A stretch of DNA of 63,818 nt, the filler included, from Sluysia triapertura (taxonomy: Eukaryota): the NCBI GenBank assembly GCA_046118255.1. It is 5 parts of 5 records of this genome, joined end to end, with 100 filler letters (N's around TTAATTAATTAA, not from the genome) between each part and the next. Parts side by side here need not be neighbours in the genome. Positions count along the whole stretch, not along the records: positions 1 to 15,944 come from JBJNIA010214143.1; 4 more parts are not named here. One strand, written 5' to 3'. Positions 1-14,400 of the stretch are shown here, piece after piece. Position 1 is the stretch's first letter; the number at the start of each line of letters is the position of its first letter. Position numbers and translations under genes: made by a program. Under the pieces are notes generated by a model. That model was given only the letters and a program-made list of their open reading frames with translations. It was not told where the DNA came from and made no database searches.

Positions 1-2672
1 GTTTATTTTTAATCTTGTTATATCACAGTATAATTCATGAAATAGTTTCTTACAGTTTATGCGCAAATTTCATTAAAACTTTTTTAACACTTAATGTATA
101 TGAAAAAATTTAAATAGTAATATAAAATATTTAATAATATAAATGTAAAAATAAATTAATAAACTTAAGATGACTAAAAAATGTTGTGTATTACTTGTTA
201 CGTCATGTTTATAAAAATTAGAATGTGTGCCAGTTCATATTTCATTGGAGCAAATATTCTATTTTTAGAAATGATAAACTTTATTATATATATTTTAATG
301 TTACATGTCGAAGAAAAGGTGAAAGCAATTTATTCGTGATAAGATTTAATGATTGTATTAACACTGGTGCGTGCTAAAATAGATAATTACACATTTTAAT
401 GATGCTCAAATTAATTCAAATGGTACAAGCAAATTCGTACGAACTGTTACAAATTTTTTATTAACGTACATGTACAAGTTTTGATTAAAATTGTACCAAA
501 ACAAGATTCTTAATCAGTACATTTATTAAAGTTGAGCTTATTTCCCAATCATTCACAATATGAATGTATAAATGATGATTCTGTTCACCTTGAAAGTTTC
601 TTGCATGATTACAGATTTCAATTAAGACAAATGATGAGTTGCTACCAAAAGTTAAGATAATGTACTTATACCATGAAATTAATGCTAGATTTTTCTCTTA
701 TTCTTCTAACAATTAAGATACGGGTTCATCTGCGGTATGAGGTTTATTACTGAAAGTATACGTATCCACAGAAAATAACTACGAAAGAATTTCCCTAATC
801 TTGCTAACGAAAGTCACTTGATTACAAATTGCAGAATTCTTTAATTTTCTAACTTAAATGAGTGATCTGTCAACTTATCAAAATTTATTAATTCGTGTAA
901 CAATTCTAACGTCAAATAGGTTTATAATCGTAATCTTACCAACAATCTAAATATTCTTTAAGTCAAATTATGCTCAATTACGTTTAATATTATATTCTTG
1001 TAATTCTATCTTCCAAAAATTATGATATGTTAGGTTATCAAATAAACAATAATAATAACTAAGAAATGAACAGTAGGAAATTTATTCAAATAATAATTAA
1101 CAAACAAAAGGTCAATAAAATTTATCAACGAATTTACAAACAATGGAACTATTATAGTAATAATAATAGGTTAACAAAAGAAAAATAATCTTTTTCTAGT
1201 TGTAAATAAAGAATTTTGCTTTAGAGTTTAACCCAGGTTTAATACTTTGATGTGAAAATTAAATGATTTTGAGTAAGATTTTAAGGCTAAACGTATTAAA
1301 GCCTAACTTAACAATAATTATCTTACTGAAATCTGATATAATATTTTCCAAAAATTGATGCAGTTAATATTGTCCAATTTTCTCAAAGTCGTTCAATTTT
1401 TCCAAATCGATTAAGCCGATATTGTCTATTTCCAAATTACTTCTAAAAGATCTAAGTCCAAGTAAGTTCGTCTGGCGAATAAAATGATGAATATCTCGTT
1501 GACCAAATTTCAAAAAATCCAAATATCACGACGATAACACCTTCTGCTAAAACTTTTGTAAAAATTCCTTTAATAACTTGTGCGTGCTGTTAACCGAACT
1601 TTCTAATATTTATACTTATTGATGATGATTAACCATCATAAAATATCATAATACAATAAAATAATTGTCATAAACTATTTTTATTTATAAAATTGTTCTT
1701 TATTTATAAAATTGTTATTTTTATTATTTTTTCTCATCGAATAATTTTGTATAATACTTAATGTTTATAATTAAATAATTTTTTAAACACAATTTTTTCA
1801 AAATAAAATTTTTAATATTTACAAAAGTTTCTAATATTACAATTTTTTCAAAAATAAAATTTTTTAATATTTGCAAAAATTTCTAATATCAAAATTAATA
1901 TACAAAATTTACAAAGGTTTTTAATATTTACATTAATATTGTAAATAATCTAAATGAAAATTTGTATAAAAATTCGATAAAAAGTTGTTAATTAAAAATG
2001 TATCTGAGAAATAAATTATTATTAAAATTATCAATTAATTTTAATTAAGTTTAAGGTTTGAAATCGAAGGAAATTAAATATTTAAAAAGGAAGTATAATT
2101 GATTAAATATTTACATTATTAAAAAGGAATTATTTATATTTGATTAAATATTTATATTATTAAAAAAGGAAGTTAAATTATTTGATTGGCAAAACTTAAA
2201 TTTAATATCTAAAAAAGGAAGTTAAATAAATTATTTATATTGCATTGGCGAAAACTGTATAAAAGCTCAAAATTATAACGCGAAACTCACAACGTCATTA
2301 ATATTAAAGAGAGACTGTTTAACAAGTTATTTGAGAATCGTCAATATTAAACTACTCTGTGGAAAGAATTTTATTGGGAACACTAATATTAAAATGATCT
2401 GTGGAAAGTATTCAATTTGTATCGTCAACAATTATCGGTCTTGCTATTGATCTATCTGGAAGATACCATTCGTCAAAATTAAACAAAAAATCGAGAATTA
2501 TACTGTTTTCAAGCAATGAATAAGTATGATATTTATTGTTAGGTTCTGACAATAATACTTTGCCTTAATAAAGACTCAAAATCATCATAATTTCGAAACT
2601 CAAGCATTTGCCTTAGTCAAAATCTTATCTAAAATATAAAATTTATTATTATCCAGGAGAAATCCTGAAGTC

Positions 2673-2673
<1 letters not shown>

Positions 2674-2711
<38 letters not shown>
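2674..2711. repeat. (TA)n microsatellite
   Basis: Uninterrupted TA dinucleotide run. Confidence 0.95.
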
Positions 2712-2715
<4 letters not shown>

Positions 2716-3670
2716 TAATTGTAATTTCTTGTATAATTTATATACCTTTTATTTTGGATAAATAGGTGCTTTGTTTTTGGAGTTTTACAAAAGAGTCATA
2801 AAATATGATAGAGTGATAATTAATTTTGTAATTAATTAGTTGATTAATTAAATTTTAAGTAAATCTTGAATAATTAAACGATTTTCTTTTATTTTGGTTA
2901 TGAAGCTATGAATTAAATTATAGTAGAACATATTGGTACTTCCTTAAAGAATATTTAGTAAAATAGTCGGGTGTTGAATATTGCAAAATATAATAAGATA
3001 TCAGAATAGTTAATCTATAACACGTTTATTGCATCTAAGTAGTAAGGAATTCCCCACGTAGCATTTTTCACCAAAAAAATCCTGAGTACGTTACCGTACA
3101 TCACAGGCGGATGTTGTTCAGAAAAGTTGAACATATATAATAAAATAAATAATAATATAACATCATATTGAAGTACTATTAAATGTCCATATTTGATTAT
3201 TTCGTTTGTATTCTTGATAAATGAAGTAAAAAAATTACGAAACTATAACTGAAAAATAAAATATAAATCTTAGAGTTAAGTCAAAATTATTGTCTGCTAC
3301 ACACTTCCCATTTGTAAATAATACTGCAAAACTAGCCAGAATTATAAATTTAAGAGCTAACTTTAAATTATTGACATTGTATTTAAATATAATTTCATTG
3401 TAGAAGTTTTCAACGACATGCGAAGTAAAACTAAAAGTATTAAATGATTCTTTTATCATTTAATCATTTCTATTTGGCGTTTTCTTATTTTACATTTATT
3501 GCAGAAATAAATAAAATTAGTCTCTTTAAAAAAATCGTTTACAAAATATCCGTTTTGAACTGGTAAGTAATTGTTGACCAGGTTATCAATATCAATATGG
3601 TATTATTGATTAATTTATAATTTTTATATTATTTTAATTTTTATATTATTTTAATTTTTATATTTTTAGA

Positions 3671-5000
3671 TTACGAAACAGAATGGTATTTTGATGGTTG
3701 ACGACTGCCACTTATATTAAGACATGTCTGCACTGGCTGTACGCGTTATAAATACCGATTAAATTGTTGCCAGTCATATTGACCACCACATTGTTTACAT
3801 CTGCGTATTATTCTTTCAATAATACTATTATCAATTCTGATATCATGCTGATAACACAGTTCTTTTATCTGTTGTTCCGATAAGCTACTTCGATGCAATC
3901 TGTCAGCACGTTGAAATGATATTCGAAGTGACTCTAAATTGATTGGTATTTTGACGACTCAATGAATTTTCTAAGGTAACAAAACAGGATCATCTTTTTC
4001 GGTAAATACATCTTGTTGTTCTTCATTATTTGAACAACAATAATCATGATAATAAACATTTTTTGATGGGCTATAGCGTCTATCGTAATGATGTGTCATT
4101 TGATTGTCTGAATAGTTTTCTTTGTCTGCTCTGTTAAATGTACTACTTTTCATTGTAGCCCCAATAAACGAAAGTATTTTCTCATAATTAACTTTAGTCA
4201 GTAAGATGTCTTCTTCTGGTGTCCCTTCGTTATTTATACTAAAAATACAAGGTCGATCTTTTGGTTGATGAATCAAAACGGAAATAACCATTAATGTGCT
4301 ATTTGAAATATAAGGTTTTTTAGTATCGTATGTTTCTGCATTATTCAGCATTGATTTAAAATATTATTCGATAAAGAATTGCAAGACTGTTTCTGAATTA
4401 ATGTTTCCTATAATGTTCCTTGTTTACGAAGAAATGGCTCAGAGGAATATTCAAGAATATCGATAGGTTTTAATATTTTAATTTTAGACGTTAATGACGA
4501 TAAAGAAGAGTCATAACTTTGAAACGCTTCAGTTGTATTTAATATTTCTTTTACTGAATGAAGACTATTATTATACGTAATTGCTTGAGGTTTTTGTAAT
4601 AAACAGATGAATCTGCACAGTGTGGTGTAACGATAGGTTCGTGAATAGAAACAGCTGAAGTGAGAAAAGGAGAAACGTGACGCTGTTTTGCATGACCTGA
4701 TCTACTACCAATAGTTGTTGCTCTTCGACTTGGAAAATAACTATTTTTCGATAAAGGATGTTTATATCGCGATCACTTAAAGAATTTGAGGATATATTTA
4801 GAAATTCCATAATATTGACAAGAGTTTGGACTTTCCTTGGTTTACTGTATAATGAACTGTTATAATGTGAAGTAGCTGATCGTTTTAATTTATTTATACT
4901 AGGCCCTGTCTTAAATTTACTTGATAATTTATGTCCATAGTTATTGGTATCATGACTACGAGCGAAACACTTTGTTATGCCATAAATTGACTAATATTAC
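3671..5000 (-). pseudogene. Decayed intronless coding fragment: Ser/Asn-rich low-complexity region ending in an EF-hand-pair-like domain
   Basis: Minus-strand frames are linked through stops and frameshifts (include ORFs 3971-4351 and 4571-4810). About 3749-3940 reads LESLRISFQRADRLHRSSLSEQQIKELCYQHDIRIDNSIIERIIRRCKQCGGQYDWQQFNRYL, the L..F...D....L...I..LC / I..II..C....G..DW..F..YL spacing of a degenerate EF-hand pair. GC is higher than in the flanks. Confidence 0.5.
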
Positions 5001-5039
5001 TATCAACCATCATAAAACTAGTAACATTTTATGCATATG

Positions 5040-5260
5040 TAAAGCCACATCCAGTTCATCTCCAAGAGCTTTGCATTTCTCTTTCGCGGCGAGTAAATCA
5101 TCTTCCAACCTATCAATTCACTTATTAATTTAGGAACTTGACGTTCAGCTTTGGCAACAGGTGTTCAGCAGTTTTTAATCTCAGTTAAATCACTGATTGT
5201 GTCTTCATGACTTTCTTCTTATTGTGATGCTTCTTACTCGGATATCTCCAATGATTTTGT
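5040..5260 (-). pseudogene. Tropomyosin C-terminal fragment with stops and frameshifts
   Basis: Reconstructed as [32 protein letters not shown]/..AKAERQVPKLISE/IDRLEDDLLAAKEKCKALGDELDVAL. This matches the lophotrochozoan/flatworm tropomyosin tail [59 protein letters not shown].YKA...ELD. Confidence 0.88.
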
Positions 5261-8200
5261 ATTTGAACGTGACTTTGAATAAGATTTTTACGCCTCACAG
5301 AATTGGCAAATCTTAAATGTAATCTGAGTATATATACCATAATAAATAAACACGTTCGACTAGCAATAAATTTATAACGCTGATTTGATAACTCTGTTTT
5401 TTTTGATCCGATTCAAACATACATAGATATATAGGTTCAGACAGACAAAAGAATAAGAAGAAAGGTTGATGATAAAGATAAAAGAAATAATAGTGATAAC
5501 GATAACTTAATTATTATATGTCTTAAAACAATGATGTTGTGATGTTAATATAAAAGTTATTCAGTGATAATCACATTATATAACAATAATGATAATAATC
5601 ATTATATATTTTAATACGAATGGATTTATAATAACAATAATTATAGTTCATATAAATTATGATAATTAGGTTTGTTTTTTGAATGAGTCAAGTAGTTTGT
5701 TTAATGTTCTATGTTTGTAAGAGATGTTTTTATGGGATGAAATGTGTTTGTGATTTGGATGTGATATCCCTACAATATGTAATCAAAACTTATAACATAT
5801 TATTCAAATGGAAGATAGTATTTACTATTTAAATTATTATTAACAAAATTTATAATAATTCATAACAATACTCTATTATTATTACTAACAAAATTATTAT
5901 ATTTATAAAATTATAATTATTTGAATTTGTTATTATACTATCTAAATTATAATTAACAGAATTTACTACTCAATAATTTACGTTCCATCTATTATTACTA
6001 ACAAAAATATTATACTTAAAAAATTATAATTATTAGAATTTGTTAACATTACAGTATACTGTTATTATTACTCTTATTATTATGCTAAAAATTGATTACT
6101 GCTATTATTATTAATGTTAAATGCTGAAAATTTAGTAATTTTGAACCAGAGTAAAAAATTAAATTAAGACATACATTAAAAACAATATAAATACACTGTC
6201 AATTCATAGATTGTTCATAATCAGTTAACAGTTAATTTACAGTCAATTTACAAATTGTTCATAGATTGTTAGATAAAAAGGATTAGCTGTACAATTAATC
6301 AACTAGTGAATCGATCCATCTTAGAATATAAACTTATCGATAACATTATCATTATTAATAATAATACTAAATTTACACATTTGTTTTCTATAAAATATTT
6401 AAGTTCTGTGTTAATAACCTTTATAGTTTTATTAAATTAATTAATCTACCTGATTATCATTATTATTATTAACTATTGTTGTATATTGCAAAATATTCGA
6501 ATAATAAATTTTACTATTCTTAGTTTTGTTTTTCTTGTTTTTATAATCAATTATGCGCAAGGAAAATTGGAAATAGTGCCACAAAAGAGAATTAATTTAA
6601 TATTGAAATTAATATTGAATTGAATTTTTGTTGTTAAGTACAAGAAGTTTCGAATAGAAAATAAGATACGATAAATTATATTGTAATAACAATAACCATT
6701 ATTTGAAGTAAACTTATTGTAGTATTGTCTGTTACGTGACAAAATTTCGAACTCAAAAGAATAAAAATTTATTTCCAGGTCATCGAAACGAGTATCCGAG
6801 CTCACACTTCTACGAAAGATAAATTTAGAAAGATTGTTTATAAAACGAGACGATAAAGAGTTGATAAGAGAAAATAAAAGCGAAAATATTTGATTATCTT
6901 TGGTAACTGTTGATGATCAGTTTCTCTGATTAGTGAAAGAATCACCATCATAATGCACAAATTCTGAGAAAAAGTCTTTTATCAGTAATCCGAATAAATA
7001 AATATTAAATGAATTTATCGTTAAATAAATCAAGTAAAACAAAAAGGTGTGAAGTTAATTGATGAATACGGTTTAAGATAAATGCATTTAGAATATAATA
7101 TAAATGATGTAAGTTGATGTTTAAAATGTGTGAAAATATTTGAAATATGAAAAGTGAGAAGTTATAAGAATTAATTTAATTTAATTTTATAATGTAAGAT
7201 CTAAATGGATAACATTAGAAGTTCACATTCCTACTAAACTTTAAAAATCCCTTAAAAACACTGAATATTTTAATATTTAAAAACAAGGAAATAGCAAGAG
7301 TAAAACTTTTAGCATTTCTTGCTTTTGTCCTAGTTTTATTTTGATTTTAAACAATATCTTAGTATCAAATTTCGTCTATAATTTAATCTTTATTTATCAA
7401 ATTAGTAAAAATTATATAAATAATATTTTACATTATAATAAATATTGTTTAAATTCTAAAATAGTTAGAAATAAAATAAAATACTTTATTCAACATAATT
7501 ATATTGAATTAAAAATTAACATGCACTTCAATGAAATTTTCTCAATCATTCATTCGTGAATATTCGTATAAGTTATAGCATTTGTGTTCTAAATGTGAAA
7601 AAAATGATTATTTGATTTCAATAAAATAACTTACTTTGCATAAATACAATTATTGATTTTTTTCTAATATAAATATGTCATTTCGACTTTTACAATTATT
7701 ATTTTCTATGAGATTGGAATTTAATTAAAATTTTTATCTACCAAATAATAATTATTGTTTTCTAAACTGTTAATTGAAATTTTATGGAATTAATTTGTGA
7801 AAAAATTTAATTCAATATTTTGTTTCGAAAGTTCGTGTGTATATCTACGTGGTCCAACTCAATACCTTCTAGTTAATTATGCAACACAGTAAACAAAATT
7901 TTATTTACACCACATAAAATATAAACACTCAGCAAAAGTGAATTATGACAGCGAAATTTCACATCACCTTTAAACATAACTTTTATATGATACAAACAAA
8001 AATGATGATAATACCGTGATTTATCTTAAACAAAAATGCTAATGATGTGGTTCTTAATAAAATCTTAATCAATTTTTTTAATAACTTATGAGTTCTCCTG
8101 TGATCCGAGTCTTACTCTCCCACAGAATTTCAGCTCTAAAGTTATGGAAATGCATATTTATGCATATCGAGTTCATATGTACTCTTTTCATTAGTTATCA

Positions 8201-9031
8201 GTCTGTTAATACGAACTAACTAACTATTTATTTATTGAATACTAACTATTTATTTATTGTTAATAACTATTTATTCTGTAATAACGGACTATTTATTCTA
8301 ACTGACTATTTATTTGTGTATATAGTTACAAAATACTGTATGTAGTTGTAAAATAATCAATAAATTCTATTTATAATATTGTAAAATTTTCGGAATAATA
8401 TTTTAATAATTGGATTTAAATAACTTTAATAATAGGATTTAAAATGTTAGTTTCATAATTATATACGTTTTGATTATACATTATGTAATTATTTTGTTTG
8501 GTAAAATTATTTTGTTTATCCTTAAAAGGATGTCAAGATTAAGCTAAAATTAATATAAATATAATTACAATTCATATAAAAAATACACATAAAACACATT
8601 TTAAGAAATCTTAACAAAAAATTTTAATAATTTTGGAAGGAGATTTGTCTCGCGTTAATATCTTCAAGAAGATAACAATTTTTGAAAGAAAATTTTTTGA
8701 ATCACATACATAATTTTGTCGTTCGTTTATTCTCGATTAAGCTAAAGTACATTGTACGTACGTAATAATTTTTGACGTAAAATCTTTATAAATCATTGCG
8801 GAACCATTTAAAGAAGTTAACGTTATGTGAGAATGAGAATTGTACTGAGTATTGTCCAGCAGCCTTAATAGACATTTTTATTATTATCCTTAATAAACAT
8901 TTTACATTATTCAAGAATCCGTGATTATATATTATACATTTATTATTCAATTATGATTTGTGAAATATAAAAAATTATTATATTGCAAGAATTTGTATGA
9001 AAAGTGTATGCGGAATAAAAACTTAAAGCTA

Positions 9032-9714
9032 GTGAGTTCACCAACGTATTGGACTTACAAACTGAATGGCCAACCGTTGGATTTTCTTAACGTGAAAAGT
9101 AAAATGGAGGTCAAAAGGATTAGTCGAATATTAATAATCGAGGCTTGAATTACAAAAGATTTCTTAGTAAAATTAGTCAAATATTAATATCTTTATAATG
9201 TTTGAGTCACGAATAATTAAAAAACTCAATTTAACAATAATAGAAATAATGTAAAATATCAATAATTTAACAATAATATCGTAATAAATTAGGGGCAGTG
9301 GATTTTATAGTTGATTTTAATAAAATTTTAAAAACCTAAAATAATTCAGATTTTACTTCGGTTTGAATATACAAACCGTTTAAATTAAAAGATTTTACTT
9401 GGGTTCATGCTAAATGAACCCTTATCAAATTTAATAATTTTACTGAGGTTCGTCTAGAACCTGAACAATTACTTTAAATAACAATTAAAATAACTAAAGT
9501 ATATTAATCAAATATGTGTCGTAACAATTAAGGTATCAAATATGTAAAAACTTTATACAATAAAATAATAATGAATTTGGTAGAGATTATAGTTTCAATA
9601 ATCTTAATAATATATAATTTAAATGTGATTTTACTCGGCTTTCAATAAAGGAAAGCCCAATTTATTAAATTATAATTTAAGTATAATTTACTTTAGCAAT
9701 TAATAAAAAATTGC
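9032..9714 (+). repeat. Dispersed repeat family copy A with CCAACG/CGTTGG hairpin and downstream ATTTTACT-hairpin array
   Basis: Homologous to about 18600-18847 (minus) and about 53900-53960 (plus). All share GTTCACCAACG...CTTAC...CCGTTGGA. Confidence 0.75.
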
Positions 9715-12160
9715 AATATACTTAATAGTAAAAAACTAACGGTAACAAATATAATTTTTTATCGAATCCCAGATAATCGAATAATTGAATAGTTGAAGAA
9801 TCCTATTACTGCGTGAAGATCTCGCTTGATGAATACTTGTAACGAAAGCGTTATAAAGTTTGTTATAAATTTTTATGCAAAAAATTTGTGTCTCTATTTG
9901 CAAAAAGTTGACGTATATATACTAGTTTTTTGTCAAGGTCAGTTTTTTACTTTAAACAAATGGATTTTAATAATTTATAAAAAATAATTTTAAATTTTTA
10001 TAATAATTTATAAATTGAATTTTTTGACAATAATAATAAATTTATAATTTACATACAGAAATAATAAATAAAGAAATAAGTTTTTACAAAATAATAATAA
10101 AAATATTTTAAAAAATAAATTAAACTAACTGATTTGGAAGATGATATAAACGTCCTTTAAATAAAATATTATCTTTAATTTTCAGTGAAATATTATGATG
10201 TAAATAATTAAGTTTTTAAATTCTAAATAATTAAATTTTGACTATTTTCGGTTTATATTTATCAATTTACATTTATGTTGGACTTGAAACTTTATTTAAA
10301 TTTATGTTGGACTTTAAAACATGTTAGACTTTAAAACCTTTACAATACATTAAACCATGACACATACTGAGATAATTTTTACGGGTGGTGAACTTCCCTA
10401 AAAGGCATAGCAAAATAAACAAAGAAAGATTAATACAGCTTAGAAAAATATAAGGATAAAAATTCCAACAACCAAATATTCGCAGTTTAACTGATCGTTT
10501 ATTTCTTTTGATGGAACTACTACACTTGACTTACGAAATTTAACATAATGAAGGCTTTGGTGACTCAGTTTGTAGGTTCATCTTTTACCACTAAATTAAA
10601 ATTTGCAAGCTCCTCTTTTTCATTATTTTTCAAGTCATCAAGCTCTTCTTAATCAAATCTTAATTTTTTTTATTTAGCACACGATTGACCTTAATTCTTA
10701 ATGTTGAGCAACTTTTGATTTGGTAGTATAATTAAAAAAAGCAGACATGTAAGGAAAGGAATACAGTAACTACAGAGACTGGGTTTATTGTTAAAGAAAT
10801 TTCGTTTTCACAATTTATTAATTGGATGATATTTTAAATTAAAGTTCAGGTTGATGTGAATTTTTGTTGATGAATGAAATTATAAGTAGAGATTGTACCA
10901 CCATAATATATATTTAATTAAAATGCATAAGCTTTAATTTACAAATAACAAAATTCGGCTTATGCCCATAAATTTCTATTATAAATAATGATTCATAATT
11001 CATGCAAATGCACTGAAAATTTGTATAAATTAAATCTTTTTTCCAGTTGAAATTGCACAATAATTTTGAAAATTGAAAAATTAAGTCTTGACTATTGAAA
11101 ATGCTCAATAAACAATTTGTGAAATCAGTTGAATTGAAGATTCGAATAATTAATTAATTCCAAGAATTGAAATATAATTGTTGATTAACAACAATATCAA
11201 ATAGATAAAATAATTTTGCTTAGTCATGATTAATGTTTCATTAAATTCATTTTACTTTAAGAATTTATCTTAAATTATACTTGTTTTTTATATTATATTT
11301 TTGTATTTTCGTTTGTTATTTGAATTATTTACTTTCTACTTACTTGAATTCAATGTTTAGATAATTTTGTAATTGATTGTTGAATTGTAGTTACAGATTG
11401 TCAATAGATTAGATTCAAATATAATATATTAACATTTAATAACCTTGATATAATTATCGCTTAATATTTGATTGGTACACAGAGTAAACATATGCAGTTT
11501 ACGCAGAAATTCCAAAAATATATTTTGGTACAGAGCTACAGACACGCCTACTATCCATCGTGGATTAGAGTGGCTATTTATGTTTAAAATATGGAACCCA
11601 AAAACCAATTAATTACCCAACATTAATGATATACAAAACTATGTATAAAATTAATGGTAAATTACTATTTTACAAATGGATTTGAAACTTGAAAATGTTT
11701 ATAGAAAATCTGAATGATTTTATCATTGAAACATACAATTATACAGTCATATTTTAATAAATCATCTAATGTTTTAGATTATTTCAATAATGTGAAAAGG
11801 AGTTTTTGAATTTTATTAATGATCACATAATTCAGTCACTTCCTATTTGTATGCGGTAATTTAAGCGGTTTGTCTTTTAAAATATAGAACAAAATAAAAT
11901 TATTGATAAAGTGGATCAAGATAAATGAAACTTTTACGAAAAATTTATTTATCTTATCTTTTAATTGTATGTGCTGGTATTTTTATCCATGTAATAATAA
12001 TTTACATTTTTATTTTTGTTATTCAGGATTAATTTCCTCCCAACCAATGACCACGAATATATAAGTTCGACAAAGAGATTAATTCACTTAATAAATTTCG
12101 TGTCAATCAAATAGGAGATAGTGACAGTTTAAAAATCGTCTTTAGCTTAGCCACTTTCAC

Positions 12161-12328
12161 TTATAAACTCCCAAGTAATATGTAATGATCTATTCTATCA
12201 AAAGCAGCTGATATATTTACCAACATCAAAACATATTTATTATGGCTAAAACTGTAATATATCTTGTAACTTATTCTTAAGATAGCTTTTTGTGTTAAAT
12301 AATTTATTCTGTATGCAGATTTATACAT
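12161..12328 (-). mobile_element. L2/CR1-type non-LTR retrotransposon reverse transcriptase fragment
   Basis: Reads YKSAYRINYLTQKAILRISYKIYYSFSHNKYVLMLVNISAAFDRIDHYILL, matching the YQSAYR..HSTETALL...LVLLDLSAAFDT.DH.ILL block of L2/CR1-group RTs. Confidence 0.75.
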
Positions 12329-14329
12329 CATTTCTTCTCAATTTTAGCCGTTTCGGTACCCGAAAAAAATTGCAAATAAATTTTTTCTATTACTACATTA
12401 TTTTAATGATGTGTTTCAAATATAAGCGTATTAAAATTTCTGTCCTAATTTAAGTACCAAATTTATTGTATTGAATGTAGTCCTAATATTAAAAATCACA
12501 ATTATATATTAATTAATTCTAATAATGTAATTTATGATTTAGTGGTAAATGTAAGCAAAGGCATTATTAAAATGTATTCTAATTTATTTGTATTAGCCAC
12601 CATTTACTTCACTTAAATCGTAGAATAAATGAAGTGGATTATTACTTTAAATTCGATTTAGATTTATTGACTTTAAACTTATTCTTTACTAATAATTAAT
12701 GACTCAATTTAAAATTATTCTAGTTTAGCTCTATAATAAATAACTTCTAGTTAAACTTTCACAATACTTTGATTAATATTAACTTATATGAAAGCCTTTT
12801 TAATGTACCATCCATAAATATCGTAATTGCAATTATTATTATAATTATAATTGTAAAAATCAATAATTCACTAAAATTTTCACTAATTATTCACTAATAA
12901 TTCACTAATTATTTTTATTATTAATTTTTAATTTTCAATTATAATTATGTTAATAATTTTTTATTAATTTCATAATTTACCTAAATTTTATTATTTTTTA
13001 ATTATAATTTAAATTGAAAATTACTTTTATTATTTTATTAATTTTTCAATTAATTTTATTATTGAATTAATTCACTTTTCATTAAATTAATTTGAGTTAT
13101 TATTTAATTTTCATTATTACATTAATTTTTATTTTTTAATATATTTTTTATTATTATTATTTTAATTAAACTTAATTAATTCGAATTGTGGTCTACGATT
13201 TATAAAATGTTTAATGTAGGATCTCAGGCATTTATAGCGAGATATAATAAGCATTTTAAATAATAATAAAGTCACCAAAAATGTAACTAATGTAATGATG
13301 TAACCAAATCAAGTTTACAATTAATATTTCGTCTACAATTTATGGACGCATCCACATATAATAATAAATCTCAAATTAATAAAATTATTTCGTATGACTT
13401 TGTAATGGTTCACCTCATAACTCAAAATTTTTTATAACATAGGAGAAAACCTCTTCAATAAGCAGCTCTATACACCAAATAAACAATCAATCACAAATAT
13501 GTTTACCACAATTCGTTTTAATCTAAATACAGAATAACACATCTGCTACGAAAGCAATAATCGTGTATATTCTCATTTTTTTCACACAAACACATTCACA
13601 AACACTTTGCCATTATCGTTCACCAATACCATCATCAACATCATTCAGATCATATGCTCACTGCTTTATCCACTGCCACTCTTCCAACTACAACACTTGT
13701 ACTTAAAATATATCAAAGCACCCATCACTAATTGACTTCTAAGAAATCTTTAACTTACAACAATAACAGTACATATTCTTTCTCTGAGTACTAACTTCGT
13801 CGCATCATTCACACACAAAATCTCATATGAAATACTTTTACAATGATTGTTCCTTATTTTTCATCATTTTTTATATATTTATGATTTTGAAATACTCAAT
13901 TTCCCCATCACTGTAATTCTAAACTTACTATTACATTTATTCCGATTTCCTAATTAATTTTTCTGATATTAATTTATGTATAGTCATTTTTTTAAATGAG
14001 TGTATTATTTCTTGTTATTGCAAATTTTAGGCAAAGACATTGTTGTTAACTATTTTTATTTTAAAGTTCTGTTATTAAAAATTTTTATTTGATTAAAAAT
14101 CATAAATATAAAAACAGTGATATTATTATTAAATAGATGGATTTAGAAAATCATTGAATTGTTTAAATCATAAAAAATTCAAAAAACATAATAGTAATCC
14201 ATAATTTATGTCAATATTTTGAAATTATTTTAAACGGCCAAACAAATTATGTCAAAAAATGTAGATGAACTTTCTCTCGACTACGTCCTAGGTGATAGTC
14301 TGGAAAAGAAGCCGGACTTACCAACTGTT

Positions 14330-14400
14330 TGTTCTGAATGTCATAAACGTGTTTATTAAATTTCCAACAATTACTCGTCCATAATCTGGAATGCAAAGTC
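14330..14400 (+). pseudogene. Possible decayed C2H2-like zinc-finger fragment
   Basis: CSECHKRV(frameshift)NFQQLLVH lies within a GC-richer patch (14280-14600) with many stops. Confidence 0.25.

Noticed and set aside
360-760. Broken plus-strand frames faintly like the 22.4/31 kb orphan family
   Set aside because: Similarity too weak to support by eye.
10380-11900. Coding-like decayed patches (also 35280-36010 and 44900-45960)
   Set aside because: No recognisable motif; probably old TE debris but cannot be assigned.
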